A stretch of DNA of 64,000 nt from Promethearchaeia archaeon (GTDB taxonomy: Archaea; Asgardarchaeota; Lokiarchaeia; Sigyniarchaeales; SOKP01): NCBI GenBank assembly GCA_029856145.1, contig JAHQWK010000002.1, forward strand, positions 32,001 to 96,000. Reading direction: 5' to 3'. The stretch's first letter is position 1. Every line of letters starts with the position of its first letter. A model generated the notes under the pieces. The model was not told the DNA's origin. It searched no databases and saw only the letters and a program-made list of their open reading frames with translations. The translations under genes were made by a program, and so were the position numbers. Shown piece by piece: positions 1 to 10,670 of the stretch.

Positions 1-307
1 TTAAAAGAAAGGATTTTCTTAAATCCATGAAAAAATTCATTTTTTTATTTTTTTCTAAAGAATCTAAAGCTTTTATATGTGGATCTGAGATTTGAATGCC
101 TAAACTCATAATAATTAAATTTTTATTTTTAGGTCGAAAAACTACCATATTTCTACCAACTTGTCGTCCTAATGGATCTTTTCCAGGAGGGAAAATAAAT
201 CGAAACCCAAACTCTACTTTAGGATCTGTTATCTTTTCTCGTAATAATCCTTCATCTAACAAATAATCATGGATTAAATGTTTGATTTTACTCTCTTTGC
301 TCGACAT
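1..307 (-). CDS. DUF2299-like hypothetical protein (3' end runs off the window)
   Basis: Own translation from ATG at 307: MSSKESKIKHLIHDYLLDEGLLREKITDPKVEFGFRFIFPPG...; frame open to the window edge; not in the ORF track. Confidence 0.6.
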   Translation of the reverse strand, partial: MSSKESKIKHLIHDYLLDEGLLREKITDPKVEFGFRFIFPPGKDPLGRQVGRNMVVFRPKNKNLIIMSLGIQISDPHIKALDSLEKNKKMNFFMDLRKSFLL

Positions 308-403
308 TATAATTCAGTAATGTTAAAAATGAAGTGAATTTTATATTTTTTTTCTAAAATAATATATGTTTCTGCTTTTATCAAGTCAAGAAACAAGTGA
401 AAA

Positions 404-757
404 TTAATATTTTCCCTTCGGTCTAGGTTGAGGTTCAATTCCAGCGGATTTTAATACTTTAATATTACTTTCCAGATCTTCAATAGGAGTACAATATATC
501 ACTTGAAGAGAATCTAAGTCGACATAGATCTTGCCAACAATACCTAACCCCTTTAGTTGGTTATCCTTATCAACAAAAGTATGATCTATATTCATTTTAA
601 TCGCTTTCTTACCTCCTTCAAGTTCCACTAAAGAGGGTTGACAAGCAGTAAAACCAGGCCCTCGATTTTGAAGTAAATAATTCATTAAAGCAAAATCTAA
701 TTCATCATTGATTTCTCCTTTCTCTTGAATGATTTTAATTATACTTGGATCTTGCAT
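404..757 (-). CDS. hypothetical protein
   Basis: 117 aa ORF, co-oriented with its neighbours, normal composition. Confidence 0.75.
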   Translation of the reverse strand: MQDPSIIKIIQEKGEINDELDFALMNYLLQNRGPGFTACQPSLVELEGGKKAIKMNIDHTFVDKDNQLKGLGIVGKIYVDLDSLQVIYCTPIEDLESNIKVLKSAGIEPQPRPKGKY

Positions 758-855
758 CTCAAAAAAATATATCTTATTTAGTTTAAAATGAGTAGAACTA
801 GTTTTTATTTTTTTGGTTAACCCAATAAAAAAAAAAATATGGAAAAAAGATTTAA

Positions 856-1110
856 TTAATCTCTTTCTTCACAAATAACCTCGTCTACACTGTGCAAAGC
901 GCAATTATTCATTCCAAGTGTTTCAGTTACGTCCTCAAGAGAGAGATTATTCCCCTCAATGTGAATATGTAAAGAAGCTGTTTTTTGATCTAATTCATCT
1001 ACTTTAACACTAACTCTTAATACTCCAGTAACTTTCATTAATTCTTTAGCCACAATATATGAATTGGGTTGATGAGGTTTGAGAACATCCAAAAGAAATT
1101 CTACTTTCAT
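856..1110 (-). CDS. DUF211 family protein
   Basis: N-terminal LLDVLKPH and C-terminal LHSVDEV motifs typical of archaeal DUF211. Confidence 0.8.
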   Translation of the reverse strand: MKVEFLLDVLKPHQPNSYIVAKELMKVTGVLRVSVKVDELDQKTASLHIHIEGNNLSLEDVTETLGMNNCALHSVDEVICEERD

Positions 1111-1185
1111 TATTTTATTTTAAACCCTTGTATGTAATTATATAATAATAGATTTATTGATTATTTTATTAATTTTTTTTTTAAT

Positions 1186-1875
1186 TTATAAAAGTTTCTC
1201 AATTTCTTCAATTAATTTTAGTGGTATTTCATTTTCTTTAATTATTGTATCTGCCATTTGAAGTGTTTCAACTTTTGCTAATTTTGTGTGTGTAGCTATA
1301 GATTGAGCCCCTACATTGATAGCTGCTTCAATGTCTCGGAGATTATCTCCAATTACTAAAATTTCATCTGGTTTTACATTTAACAGTTTACAGATATGAG
1401 TTAAATGATCCGGATGAGGTTTTAGATTCGTTACATTATCTCTTCCTAGAATTATGTTGAAATAACGTAATAAATTCACATTTTTGAGAGAAATTTCCGC
1501 ATTTTTTTTTGTATTAAAAGTAAAAATAGCTTGTTTTAGATCTTTATTTTTGGCAAATTCTAATACTTGATCTATTCCATTAATCATTGTAGCATTTATT
1601 GCAGCTTCATATTCTATTTTATTAATCTCATTATCTACTTCTTCTATTATTTCATTTATTCTATCCTTAGAGAAACCTTCTTTTTCAAAAAATTCTTTAG
1701 CAAATTTCATATTTTCTAAAATAGAAATTCTTACTGTAAGAAGAGGTTTAGGAACTCCAAATTTTTTTAAGATTTCTATAGCTATTTTCCGCGCTCTTAG
1801 ATAGTCAATTTTAAAATGAATGAGTGTACCATCTAAATCCCAGACAATTGCTTTAATAGGGTTTTTTTTCTGCAT
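1186..1875 (-). CDS. HAD-family hydrolase (phosphoglycolate phosphatase-like)
   Basis: Motif I DLDGTL, KPHP, motif IV GDNLRD. Confidence 0.9.
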   Translation of the reverse strand: MQKKNPIKAIVWDLDGTLIHFKIDYLRARKIAIEILKKFGVPKPLLTVRISILENMKFAKEFFEKEGFSKDRINEIIEEVDNEINKIEYEAAINATMINGIDQVLEFAKNKDLKQAIFTFNTKKNAEISLKNVNLLRYFNIILGRDNVTNLKPHPDHLTHICKLLNVKPDEILVIGDNLRDIEAAINVGAQSIATHTKLAKVETLQMADTIIKENEIPLKLIEEIEKLL

Positions 1876-2448
1876 TTAATATACCAAATCAGAATAGATT
1901 GGTCCCTTTGGTGTTAATTGAGATTTTTTCAGTTTCACTTGATTAATATTAAAATCTCCAAACTCCAAATCTCTATTTTCATTAATTAAATTCTTAAGTG
2001 TGTCAAATGTTTTATAATTTATTTTACCTTTTTTAAGTCTTCCAATAGTTAAATGAGGTTTGAATTTAGTTCTTTTATCGCGTTCTATTTTTAATTTATC
2101 AAATAGGAAATCTTCAGTAGAATCTTTAATATTCTGTAAGAATTGAATATTACCTATAAGTTTTATCCATAGAACTGAAAACCTATTAAATTGACCAACA
2201 CCTTTCAAATGATATTTTAAAGTTTTCCCCTGAAACAGTTTTTCATTAATTTCTTTTTGCAATATCGCATAAATTTTTGGTGCTAAAGGTTCAGGTATAT
2301 TTCCTAAAAACTTCATCGTAATATGAAGATTTTCTGGTTCTACAATCTTAATCTTAGGTTGATTTTGCTTTAATCTTTGAGAAAATGTGTTAATTTTCTC
2401 AATAGTTTCTTTATCTTTTAATTCAATAGCTATAAATGATCTTAACAT
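1876..2448 (-). CDS. thpR: RNA 2',3'-cyclic phosphodiesterase (2H family)
   Basis: RSFIAI start and two HxT motifs (LHITMKF, PHLTIGR); ATG at 2448 overlaps the upstream stop. Confidence 0.9.
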   Translation of the reverse strand: MLRSFIAIELKDKETIEKINTFSQRLKQNQPKIKIVEPENLHITMKFLGNIPEPLAPKIYAILQKEINEKLFQGKTLKYHLKGVGQFNRFSVLWIKLIGNIQFLQNIKDSTEDFLFDKLKIERDKRTKFKPHLTIGRLKKGKINYKTFDTLKNLINENRDLEFGDFNINQVKLKKSQLTPKGPIYSDLVY

Positions 2449-3584
2449 TTTTTTCCCCAATACTTATAAATTCTCCATTTTTTTTCTGTTAATTGGTTTT
2501 TATGTTCATGGATAATATGAATTTCTTTTAAATCTTCTATAGAAGAAGATTTTATAATTTTAATTATATCTTTTAAAAAAAGTATATTCATTTTAGCTCG
2601 TGTATTTGCGTCAGATGAGGCATTATGTGGAATTAAAATCATTCTTATATTTGGTTGAGCAATTTTTATCTTTTTCAATCTTGCAAGAGTTTTAGAATCG
2701 ATAGGTTCTATGGGAAAAACATCAAAAGCGATATTTATTTGAATTTCTTTATTTTCTAACATATTTACTAGATTTTCTAAATCCAAAACACCCCCCCGCG
2801 CTGTATTTATAAGTAAAGAATCCTTTTTCATTAACTTTAGTAAGTTTTTATCTACTAAATTTTCAGTATGGCCATTTAAAGGCACATGTATACTAATGAT
2901 ATCTGATTTCCTAAAAATATCCTCAATATTTTCTCTAAATTCGATTAATGGATAGTCTTTCTCAAAGTCTTTCATTTGTCTAATATCATAATAAAGGATT
3001 TTAACACCCCAGGGAGATAATCTTTTTACTACACCCTTTCCGATTTCACCCAATCCTATTATACCGAGTGTTTTGTCTGTAATTATGGAAGAAAGAGATT
3101 GATCTAAATCCCATTTATCATTGGGAGTCCATTTTTCATTCCATACATAATTATGAAGATCAAGTAAATTCCTTAAATTAGCCATAATTAGAGCAACAGT
3201 ATAATCTGCTACCGTCTCATGAAGAACACCCGGAGTATGGGTAATCAAAATATCATCTTCTTCAACTCTTTGGATATGATTGTATCCTGCTGTTGATGTG
3301 GAAACAACAAAAATATTAGAATTTTTTAAAACGTCTGAAGATATGATGTGACTTAAATGGCATCCAAGAATATCTGGATTAAAATTCTCAACTTCTTTTT
3401 TAATTTGAGCCTCTGATGGAAATCTACCGTTAAAAATATTTACTTCTGAAATCTTATCTAATTGTTGCCATAAATTTATAATTTTTTTACGTAGATTTTC
3501 AGAGATTTTTTCATTTGAGCCAATCTCCTTATCTGAAAAGACATTGGAGGTGAAATATATTTTTGGTCTATAAGTCATATGCAT
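2442..3584 (-). CDS. D-2-hydroxyacid dehydrogenase (glyoxylate reductase-like)
   Basis: GIIGLGEIG Rossmann motif, INTARGG, DVFPIEP, PHNAS. Confidence 0.9.
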   Translation of the reverse strand: MHMTYRPKIYFTSNVFSDKEIGSNEKISENLRKKIINLWQQLDKISEVNIFNGRFPSEAQIKKEVENFNPDILGCHLSHIISSDVLKNSNIFVVSTSTAGYNHIQRVEEDDILITHTPGVLHETVADYTVALIMANLRNLLDLHNYVWNEKWTPNDKWDLDQSLSSIITDKTLGIIGLGEIGKGVVKRLSPWGVKILYYDIRQMKDFEKDYPLIEFRENIEDIFRKSDIISIHVPLNGHTENLVDKNLLKLMKKDSLLINTARGGVLDLENLVNMLENKEIQINIAFDVFPIEPIDSKTLARLKKIKIAQPNIRMILIPHNASSDANTRAKMNILFLKDIIKIIKSSSIEDLKEIHIIHEHKNQLTEKKWRIYKYWGKKC

Positions 3585-3705
3585 ATCCCGTATTATTGAC
3601 TATTTGAATTATTTGATTATTTGAGAATATTTGTATTTTTGTTATTCTTAATATTTATTAAAATTAAATTTAATTTATAATTAAAAACTATAGTAGTGGT
3701 AGAAA

Positions 3706-3861
3706 ATGGCTAAAGTAAAATGTCAACAATGCAAAAAAGAAATAATTGGCAGGGCCAAATTACAAGAGTTTGACCCAATCGAGCCTAAGACCATGCACGT
3801 TTTCTGTTCCGCATTTTATAGAGAAAAATGGATTTCTGCTCAAGAAAAGAAGAAAAAATAA
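3706..3861 (+). CDS. small TRASH/YHS-like metal-binding protein (51 aa)
   Basis: Own translation MAKVKCQQCKKEI...HVFCSAFYREKWISAQEKKKK; CxxC...FCS pattern; below the ORF-track cutoff. Confidence 0.6.
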   Translation: MAKVKCQQCKKEIIGRAKLQEFDPIEPKTMHVFCSAFYREKWISAQEKKKK

Positions 3862-3875
3862 AATATTCCCTTATA

Positions 3876-4838
3876 TTACCTTTCAATTTTCCCTGGAAGG
3901 TAGAAATCATATTTTTTGCGAAATACTTTAGTTTTTAGATATCTATCAAATTTTCTAACATTTTGAAAAATTACCCACATATTTGCATCGCTTTTATAAT
4001 ATTTTTGAACTTCTGTTAAAGTTATTGGGTCAATCTCAAATTCATTCGCTTCTTCTTTAAAAAATTTATTAACGAGTCGAATTAAGTTAGGAATTAACTC
4101 AGACTTTTGCTCTTTAAAAAAATTCGCTACTAAATCAATTGTGACTTTTCTCCAATCGTAATATCGGGCTATTGTTTCTTCTAAAAAAAGAGCTTTTAAA
4201 AGCCATCTTAAAAATGAAGGGGCACTCTTTAGAAAAAGTTCTGCCTCCATAGCTTCTTTCCCATTCATGCGAAACATCGGAGTACTTGTATCTAAATAAT
4301 ATAGTTTGGAATCATCGTTAACTTTTGGCTTATTTGAATCATAATCAATTAATGCAAAATTAGAAATTTGCCCATCAAGTCCTAAATCGATGATTTTATT
4401 CTTTCGACTATAATTCCAAACTTTATACATCTCTTTCATAGCAAGGAGAACCAATGTTTCTACTTCTTTGCTGCTAACCTTATGAATTATTTTATTACCT
4501 ACTGAATCAGGATTAATTTTCTCCTGAACACAATAAAACTGAATTTTTTCGTTTTCATCTTTAAACCAAGCAGTATCAAAATGAGGTAGGTTTAACCCAA
4601 TTTCTTCCATTAAAATTCTATTATATTCATTAAACGCCCATATATGTCTTTTTACCTGATTTTCATTATCAAAAATAGGGATTCTTTTATAAGCTAAACG
4701 TTGAGGATCATCTGACAATTCAAAAACCAAACTTATTTCTCCATAACCTAGAATTTTGATAGGGACTTTCCCTCCTTCGGGGTTAACCGTATCAATTGTA
4801 CGTTCTAATTCTTTTAATAATTCTAAATTCACTTTCAT
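3876..4838 (-). CDS. kinase-like fold protein (DUF6206-like)
   Basis: LGYGEISLV Gly loop, AYKR lysine, LDGQISNF and YLDTS motifs. Confidence 0.55.
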   Translation of the reverse strand: MKVNLELLKELERTIDTVNPEGGKVPIKILGYGEISLVFELSDDPQRLAYKRIPIFDNENQVKRHIWAFNEYNRILMEEIGLNLPHFDTAWFKDENEKIQFYCVQEKINPDSVGNKIIHKVSSKEVETLVLLAMKEMYKVWNYSRKNKIIDLGLDGQISNFALIDYDSNKPKVNDDSKLYYLDTSTPMFRMNGKEAMEAELFLKSAPSFLRWLLKALFLEETIARYYDWRKVTIDLVANFFKEQKSELIPNLIRLVNKFFKEEANEFEIDPITLTEVQKYYKSDANMWVIFQNVRKFDRYLKTKVFRKKYDFYLPGKIER

Positions 4839-5017
4839 AAAAAATCAATTTCAAAACTAGGAATATACCTTAATCTTAATTTAACATTAATGTTATTTAT
4901 AAGTATAAAATTTATTCATTTCATTTTCTTTATTGAATTATTTATAACGCACTAAATAATTTTCCATATTTTAATTCAAAATATATAAATATTCAATTGA
5001 AGGTTATATTATTTAGT

Positions 5018-5428
5018 ATGTCAATTTCATCAAAAACTATAAATGTAATCCTTCTCAGTGGTGTAGTTCTTTTTTTTATTGGAACCTTTTCAATTATTTT
5101 TTATTTCATAATGTGTTTTGTAATTGAGATAATTATATCTGCTTTATATTCTATTATTGGATGGTTATTATTTGCTATTGGAGGATTTTTTATTTTAATA
5201 ACACCAAGGAAGTATTACCATACTATAAAAAGGGGGAATAAGAGACCCTTGGAAATAGAATTACTTATTATAGGTTTATGTGGATTAATATTAGGTACTT
5301 TTATATCTATAGCGGTTGATATTTATATTTATAGAAATGATGGGGTATTTCCCTTTCGAACATTATTATTTTTTACTGCTGGTTTTGTAGGATTTATTAT
5401 AGTAAAAATAATACGGAAAAAAAGGTAG
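5018..5428 (+). CDS. small integral membrane protein (~4 TM)
   Basis: Four hydrophobic segments and a basic C-terminus; ATG at 5018 preferred over TTG at 4997. Confidence 0.7.
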   Translation: MSISSKTINVILLSGVVLFFIGTFSIIFYFIMCFVIEIIISALYSIIGWLLFAIGGFFILITPRKYYHTIKRGNKRPLEIELLIIGLCGLILGTFISIAVDIYIYRNDGVFPFRTLLFFTAGFVGFIIVKIIRKKR

Positions 5429-5616
5429 TAGATGAAATTATTTATTGCGTTATAAATAATAATAAAGAAATATGCATAAGTTAAGGGATTTCAATTCAAT
5501 TAGTAAATGCCAATATCCATCAGAGGATTTGAGAGAGAAGGAGTAAAATTATTTATATGTTAAAATATAAAATTTAAATAGTTTAGATTTTAGAAATTTA
5601 AAGTGGATTAAATTAT

Positions 5617-6432
5617 ATGGCTCGTCCTTTATGGTTTGTAAAATTAATTAAAAAATCCTTTCCAAATATTAAATTCATTGCCAAATTGACAAATTTACCT
5701 ATTTTGGGCACTTTATTTGATCTTCTCCTTTTTAAGGGTGATGATATAATTTATCTACCTCAAGATAAAGTTATTGAGGTTAACAGACCCTTAGGAGAAT
5801 TTCATGAATACGTTTTGCCATCTCAAGTCTTGGAATATTTTATTGAAAAAGCTAAACACCATTGGATCATGAACTTTTGTATTTGTAGATCCAGTATGAA
5901 ATGTCAAGATTATCCCATCGATTTAGGGTGCCTTTTTCTTGGAGATGCGGTTTTAGATATCAATCCACAATTAGGAAAATTGGTTTCTAAAAAGCAAGCT
6001 TTAGAACATTTAAAAAAATGTAGAGATGCTGGATTAGTTCATATGACAGGCAGAAATAAATTAGATGCACAATGGCTCGGGGTTAATCCTGGAGATAAAC
6101 TCTTGAGCATTTGTAATTGTGATCCATGTTGCTGTTTATGGCGTATAGCTCCAATTGTAGCCCCAAAAATTGGATCTAAAGTTAAAATAATGCCTGGGAT
6201 AAAAATTCAGGTTACTGATAAGTGTATAGGATGTGGGACATGTACAAAGGGAGTATGTTTTGTAAACGCTATAGAATTAATAAATGAACATGCGGTTATA
6301 AGCCAAGAATGTAGAGGCTGTGGTCGATGTGTTGATATATGCCCACAAAAAGCAATAAAAATAACAGTCGAAGATGAAAATTATGTTAAAAAGACAATTA
6401 AGGAAATTGGGAATCTAATAGATGTGACTTAA
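5617..6432 (+). CDS. 4Fe-4S dicluster domain protein
   Basis: CIGCGTC...C and CRGCGRCVDICP ferredoxin motifs, plus CICR and CNCDPCCC clusters. Confidence 0.9.
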   Translation: MARPLWFVKLIKKSFPNIKFIAKLTNLPILGTLFDLLLFKGDDIIYLPQDKVIEVNRPLGEFHEYVLPSQVLEYFIEKAKHHWIMNFCICRSSMKCQDYPIDLGCLFLGDAVLDINPQLGKLVSKKQALEHLKKCRDAGLVHMTGRNKLDAQWLGVNPGDKLLSICNCDPCCCLWRIAPIVAPKIGSKVKIMPGIKIQVTDKCIGCGTCTKGVCFVNAIELINEHAVISQECRGCGRCVDICPQKAIKITVEDENYVKKTIKEIGNLIDVT

Positions 6433-6442
6433 TTTTCAAAGC

Positions 6443-7900
6443 TTAAGTTTTTTTTTCCCAGAAGTAGTTTTTTAATTTCAAATTGTCTACTCGAGTTCTC
6501 TCTTTTAACGCAGATACCGCTTGAACTGCTTCTTTAATTGAGTGAAAAACAGGAATGTTACTTAATTCAAGAGATTCAATGATTAAGGAATACTTCTCAA
6601 CATAAGGAACAAAACATACTAATGGCTTGTTTTTATAAGAGATAATATTAGCAATTCTTCTACCAATTTGAAATGAGATATTTGGGGGATATGGGAGTAA
6701 GAGTAATATGATGCACTCAATTCTATCTAAATCTGATAAGTATCGAATTATATTTTCAATATCAGTATCTAATACTGAACCAGTTAAATCAATAGGATTA
6801 TTAAACGATGCTATTTCTCTAGCAACTGGATTCATAAGTTCTTTCAAATCTCTTTTTTCTTGATGTGAAAATCGTACAGCGCTTAATCCATATTTTCTTA
6901 GCATGTCCGATGCTAATACAGCATGCCCTCCAGAAACAGATACTATTGCGACATCGCCATGAATTATAACATTCTCTCCAAACGGATTTCTTTTTTGCGA
7001 TAAGACATCAAATACTTTTAAACTTGTCAATAACTCTCTTTCAGATTGGGGTTGAACAATATAATGTTGTCTTAAAGCATCATAAATAAGTTTATAATCA
7101 CCTGCTAAACTTGCTGTATGTGATTGTGTAGCAACTTTTCCTTCTCGCGTTTTTCCCCCAAAAAATACTATTACTGTATCATCTGACTCTTTTGCTAATT
7201 GCAAGAATTTTCTTGCTCTACCTTCTTTGAAACCTTCTAAATAAAATGCAATATTTGATGTTTCAGGATCTACTTGACTGAAGTATTCTAATAACATAGC
7301 TTCATCAACAACAGCACGATTACCTATAGAAACTGCAGTTGATACGCCGATGTTTCTCTCGAAGAATTTATTGAAGAATTGATCGACGAGCACGCCCCCT
7401 GATTGACTAATTAATGCTACAGAACCTTTTGGAGGTCGTGTGATACGTTCTGTGGGCAGAAAGATAGTATCGACTATTGGTGGAGCGTAAACTCCTAGAC
7501 AATTTGGTCCTAATACTGCAATATCGTTTTCAAATGCAATCTTCTCAAGTTCTTCTTGTCTCTTCTTCCCTTTACCACCAATTTCTGCAAATCCCCCTCC
7601 AATGATAACAGCTGCAGGGATCTTTAAATCAGCACAATCTTCAATATAGCCTAAAGTATCATCAGGTCCTACTGCTACCACGAGTAGATCTGGGATTTGT
7701 GGTAATTTATCTAATCGTTCATATAATTGAATTCCTTCAATATTTCCACCATTTGGATAAATTCCATATACTTTTACGTCCAATTCAAACTCGTTTTTTA
7801 ATAACACAATTCTTCCAGGACTTAAAGGGTTTTTCTTACTGATACCTACTACAGCCATTGATTTGGGTTTAAAAAGTCTTTCTAAATCCATCTTAAACAA
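6443..7900 (-). CDS. ADP-forming acyl-CoA synthetase alpha subunit (CoA-binding)
   Basis: LFKPKSMAVVG, GPNCLG, SQSGG, SHTASLAG phospho-His motif, NPIDLTG; no ATP-grasp beta domain; start may be ATG at 7891. Confidence 0.88.
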   Translation of the reverse strand: MFKMDLERLFKPKSMAVVGISKKNPLSPGRIVLLKNEFELDVKVYGIYPNGGNIEGIQLYERLDKLPQIPDLLVVAVGPDDTLGYIEDCADLKIPAAVIIGGGFAEIGGKGKKRQEELEKIAFENDIAVLGPNCLGVYAPPIVDTIFLPTERITRPPKGSVALISQSGGVLVDQFFNKFFERNIGVSTAVSIGNRAVVDEAMLLEYFSQVDPETSNIAFYLEGFKEGRARKFLQLAKESDDTVIVFFGGKTREGKVATQSHTASLAGDYKLIYDALRQHYIVQPQSERELLTSLKVFDVLSQKRNPFGENVIIHGDVAIVSVSGGHAVLASDMLRKYGLSAVRFSHQEKRDLKELMNPVAREIASFNNPIDLTGSVLDTDIENIIRYLSDLDRIECIILLLLPYPPNISFQIGRRIANIISYKNKPLVCFVPYVEKYSLIIESLELSNIPVFHSIKEAVQAVSALKERTRVDNLKLKNYFWEKKT

Positions 7901-8003
7901 AACGTAAATATTAGGTATATAAGTTTAAGATTCTAAAATATTTATTTTTGCCCTAAATTAGAATTCAACAAAGAAAGATTTTATAATTTAAAAAAATGGA
8001 AAT

Positions 8004-8969
8004 TTAGTCTTTAACAATATCTTTAAAAATATTAACAAATGCCCTAACATCTTTATTAACGAAATATATATCTAATGGATTTTTTCTTTTTAATACAAGC
8101 ATATAATATGGTAAAGTTGTTTCTTCTAGCATTATTGGTTTGAATAAGAAGTATTTTTCTGATCTTCTAACAACAATCTGATCCTCTTGTTGTTCTAACT
8201 CCATATCTGAAAAGACATCATTAAGCGTTAGAAAGTAAGCAATAGTACTACTCAATATTTTTTTTGAGTCATCGCCTTTAAAACAAGAACCTAAAATAAT
8301 AGAATTTTTATCGATTATGATTAAACCCTCACAATCTAATTTCCTCGCAAATGCTTCAACTGTCTTTTGTATTAATTGCTTTTTTGGATATAACTCCAAT
8401 AATATCTTAGACATCGCATTTATGATTGTGTACGGGTCATATATCGAAGTGCTAAAGAAATTTATTTTTTTATAATTCAATGTCTCCATTATTTCTTTCT
8501 TTAAATCACCTATTTGGTTTTGTATTTCTTTTTGTACAGTTTGGATTAATCTAGGATCATATTTATGAAAAAAAATATTAATATAGGGTTCAATGTTCAA
8601 TTCAATGAACTTATCAACTACATCATAAAGGTAACTCAAAGACTCATGTATTCGAGAAGCATCTAATATATCTATAACATAAATTGCAACTTCTGTGTCA
8701 TCAAAATATTTACCAGGATTTCTTAAATAAGAAATAAGATAACTCTTTTGTCCTCCCAAATCCCATTCACTTATTTCCCTTCCTAACAATTTAAATGTTC
8801 TTCTTTGAGCTCCTCTAGTTGGCTCGATTAAAGCTATTGTCGAGAATTCCCTCTGCAGAGTCAAAATTATACTTGTTTTGCCTGCTGCATCCAAACCAGT
8901 GAAAAGGATCTTGTAAGTCCTTTCCTCAGATGGTTCCTCTTCATGAAAAAATTGTAAAGAATCTTCCAA
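8004..8969 (-). CDS. Rag/Gtr1-like small GTPase with C-terminal roadblock-like domain
   Basis: GLDAAGKT, PT, WDLGGQ, HKYD (G4), TSIYD (G5); ~130 aa alpha/beta C-terminal domain; GAGGTGA RBS. Confidence 0.85.
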   Translation of the reverse strand: MEDSLQFFHEEEPSEERTYKILFTGLDAAGKTSIILTLQREFSTIALIEPTRGAQRRTFKLLGREISEWDLGGQKSYLISYLRNPGKYFDDTEVAIYVIDILDASRIHESLSYLYDVVDKFIELNIEPYINIFFHKYDPRLIQTVQKEIQNQIGDLKKEIMETLNYKKINFFSTSIYDPYTIINAMSKILLELYPKKQLIQKTVEAFARKLDCEGLIIIDKNSIILGSCFKGDDSKKILSSTIAYFLTLNDVFSDMELEQQEDQIVVRRSEKYFLFKPIMLEETTLPYYMLVLKRKNPLDIYFVNKDVRAFVNIFKDIVKD

Positions 8970-9143
8970 ATGGATTTCACCTCTATTACCCTTAATAAAA
9001 TAGATAATTATTTAATAATAAACATGATGTATATTTCCGCCTAGAATTATATAGATAATTTTGTATTTAAATCTATTTTAAGTAAAAACTATAAAATTTT
9101 TTTAAATTTTGGTACAAACTCGAAAATTACTTCAACTAATTTA

Positions 9144-10454
9144 TTAAATCCTTAATTTCTTTAATTTAGATATGCCTCTATTTATTCGATCTAATATTTC
9201 ATCAAGCTCATGTTTTTGTACTATTAAAGGTGGCAAAATCTTGAGAGTATCTTTTTTATTATTACAATAATCAAGCAATACTCCTTCTTTTATTATAGAG
9301 AGCATAGCTAATTGACTATCTGTTTCATTGTAGAACTCAACACCCAACATAAGACCCCTCCCTCTAACATCTTTAATTAAATCAGAAAATTCATTTTTTA
9401 TTCCTTCTAATCCGTTCTGGAAAAGCCTTCCCATTTCTTTAACGTGATTTAAGAACTTTTGATCTGATTGGATTTTTAGCATTTCAAGAGTGATTGCACA
9501 TCCAATATCAGAACCCCCTGTAGTGGAAATATGAATAAATGGATCATCTTTATAAACAGCTTTTTCAATAAATGGTTTATAACTACAAGTAGATAGTGGA
9601 TAAATTCCAGCTGTCATACCTTTTCCTAATACCATGAAATCTGGTACTACTTTTTCATTTGGATAAATTCCTCCGTATATTGCCCATAAATGACCAGTTC
9701 TACCTAACCCTGTTTGCACTTCATCTATAATCATCATGGTACCTGTGTCATCACAGATTTCCCTTACTTCTGCGAAATATCCTTCAGAAGCAATCAATAT
9801 ACCTGCAGTAGCGGGAATAGTTTCTAATATAACACAAGCAATATCATTCGTTACGGCTCTTCTCATAGCATCAATATCATCAAATGGAACTTGCTTAAAT
9901 CCTGGAAGTTCCCAAAGGAATTTATCTCTAAATCCGGGATCCCCTGCTGCTAAAGCAAAACCAGTATGACCATGATATCCACCTATAGCAGATACGCAAC
10001 CTTTCCGTTTTGTATACGCTCTTGAAAATTTGATAGCACAATCTATTGACTCCCCTCCTCCAACTCCAAATGTGGTTTTGCTGATATCACCTGGCAATAA
10101 ATCAGCAAGTTTCTTTCCTAAAAGAGCTCTTTGTTCAGATAAGAGGATGTGATCGCCAATATCTAGCCCTTCTTCCAATGCATCTTTAAAGATTTGAAAA
10201 ATTATTGGATTTTGATGTCCTAAGTTATATACGCCTCCAGAAGTACGACAATTTAAAAACTCTAGAGGAGGTTCACCGGGTTTTGAGCCTTCCAATGTTC
10301 GCATTTTAACTCCCTCTCTCTCTCCTGGAATAACTCCTAACCCAAGACTTTTGAAAAATCGAACTTTAGGGCCATTTACATGCTTCATGTATAGCTTGAG
10401 TAATTCTTTTTGAGGAAAAGTCCCAATAAATTTTTTCTTAGGATTCCCTTTCAT
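9144..10454 (-). CDS. class III PLP aminotransferase (putrescine/acetylornithine-type)
   Basis: YHGHT, IIDEVQTGLGRTG, LGKGMTAG, VRGRGLMLG. Confidence 0.92.
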   Translation of the reverse strand: MKGNPKKKFIGTFPQKELLKLYMKHVNGPKVRFFKSLGLGVIPGEREGVKMRTLEGSKPGEPPLEFLNCRTSGGVYNLGHQNPIIFQIFKDALEEGLDIGDHILLSEQRALLGKKLADLLPGDISKTTFGVGGGESIDCAIKFSRAYTKRKGCVSAIGGYHGHTGFALAAGDPGFRDKFLWELPGFKQVPFDDIDAMRRAVTNDIACVILETIPATAGILIASEGYFAEVREICDDTGTMMIIDEVQTGLGRTGHLWAIYGGIYPNEKVVPDFMVLGKGMTAGIYPLSTCSYKPFIEKAVYKDDPFIHISTTGGSDIGCAITLEMLKIQSDQKFLNHVKEMGRLFQNGLEGIKNEFSDLIKDVRGRGLMLGVEFYNETDSQLAMLSIIKEGVLLDYCNNKKDTLKILPPLIVQKHELDEILDRINRGISKLKKLRI

Positions 10455-10670
10455 AATGTTAATTAAAACGTGGAAAAATATTTTAAAATTTTGAAATTAC
10501 ATAGACAAATTACATTAATCGATGAATAATAATAATCATAATTTTAATAGAATCAGTAAATAGCTGAAATTATGAAAATATGCATAATAACTATATTAGA
10601 AAAGAAAAAAGGAATAATAAAAAAATCGTTAAAAAAGTCTGCCGAATTTGCGTTATGGTTGATCTTTCAC

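Noticed and set aside
3746-3931. 61 aa track ORF
   Set aside because: It overlaps the next gene, and an alternative frame (3706-3861) has an ATG and a metal-finger motif.
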